Shown here piece after piece: positions 31,826-32,000 of a stretch of DNA of 32,000 bases. Made by a program: the position numbers and the translations under genes. The notes beneath the pieces are model-generated. The model searched no databases. It saw only the letters and a list, made by a program, of their open reading frames with translations, and was not told the DNA's origin. The stretch's first letter is position 1; every line of letters starts with the position of its first letter. Source of the stretch: Candidatus Saccharimonadota bacterium (GTDB lineage: Bacteria; Patescibacteriota; Gracilibacteria; Absconditabacterales; Absconditicoccaceae); NCBI GenBank assembly GCA_030429145.1, contig JAUIDC010000001.1, positions 210,001 to 242,000 on the forward strand, given 5' to 3'.

Positions 31826-32000
31826 CTATAGTGCTACTAAATATGGCAATCCAATCATCATCACCCATATGCCCACTATCATTCCCGGGAAGAAAGGGAT
31901 AAGGCGTTTCTCGCCTTCTTTGGTGATGGGAGTGACAAAAAGCAATAGCAAGGCACAGAGGCATGCAACTATGACGTAATATCGGAAATATTGGATGATA
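31826..32000 (-). CDS. membrane protein C-terminal fragment, possibly A24 prepilin peptidase (5' end outside window)
   Basis: ...VACLCALLLLFVTPITKEGEKRLIPFFPGMIVGIWVMMIGLPYLVAL ends at TAG (31826-31828). The basic loop followed by IPF(G/F)P plus a final TM resembles the PilD/A24 C-terminus. Only 57 aa are visible. Confidence 0.35.
   Translation of the reverse strand, partial: IIQYFRYYVIVACLCALLLLFVTPITKEGEKRLIPFFPGMIVGIWVMMIGLPYLVAL

Overview
This low-GC, tightly packed bacterial window decodes TGA as glycine (translation table 25, as in Gracilibacteria/BD1-5 or Absconditabacteria/SR1 of the CPR). The supplied standard-code ORF track therefore splits most genes into pieces. Re-joining fragments across in-frame TGA, with only TAA/TAG as stops, gives about 36 coherent CDS. 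On the minus strand at the left end, a carotenoid-type operon (UbiA-family prenyltransferase, crtB, crtI) lies directly downstream of radA. Next come a primary sigma-70 gene and a convergent polyprenyl synthase. These are followed by an orphan IS1 InsA-like zinc-finger/HTH gene, a DUF457-type hydrolase and dprA. A block of secreted and surface proteins follows (M23 peptidase, a 556-aa Ig/FN3-like protein), then mltG and a thioredoxin-like protein that has lost its CxxC. There are four paralogous GspG/type-IV-pilin genes plus a PilV-like minor pilin and a possible prepilin-peptidase fragment. A yidC-lemA-TPM operon, a lone atpD, rpmE, ndk and mutL complete the set. The most interesting locus is 20860-23252. 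It holds a stand-alone 681-aa reverse transcriptase whose catalytic-core glycine (G-APTSP) is itself TGA-encoded. A sigma-70-type promoter and a ~310-nt non-coding, unusually G/C-patchy, hairpin-rich leader precede it. I read this as a candidate retron-/DRT-like RT-ncRNA element native to a recoded genome. No rRNA, tRNA, CRISPR array or complete IS element was seen. All homology statements rest on motif recognition by eye; no database search was possible.
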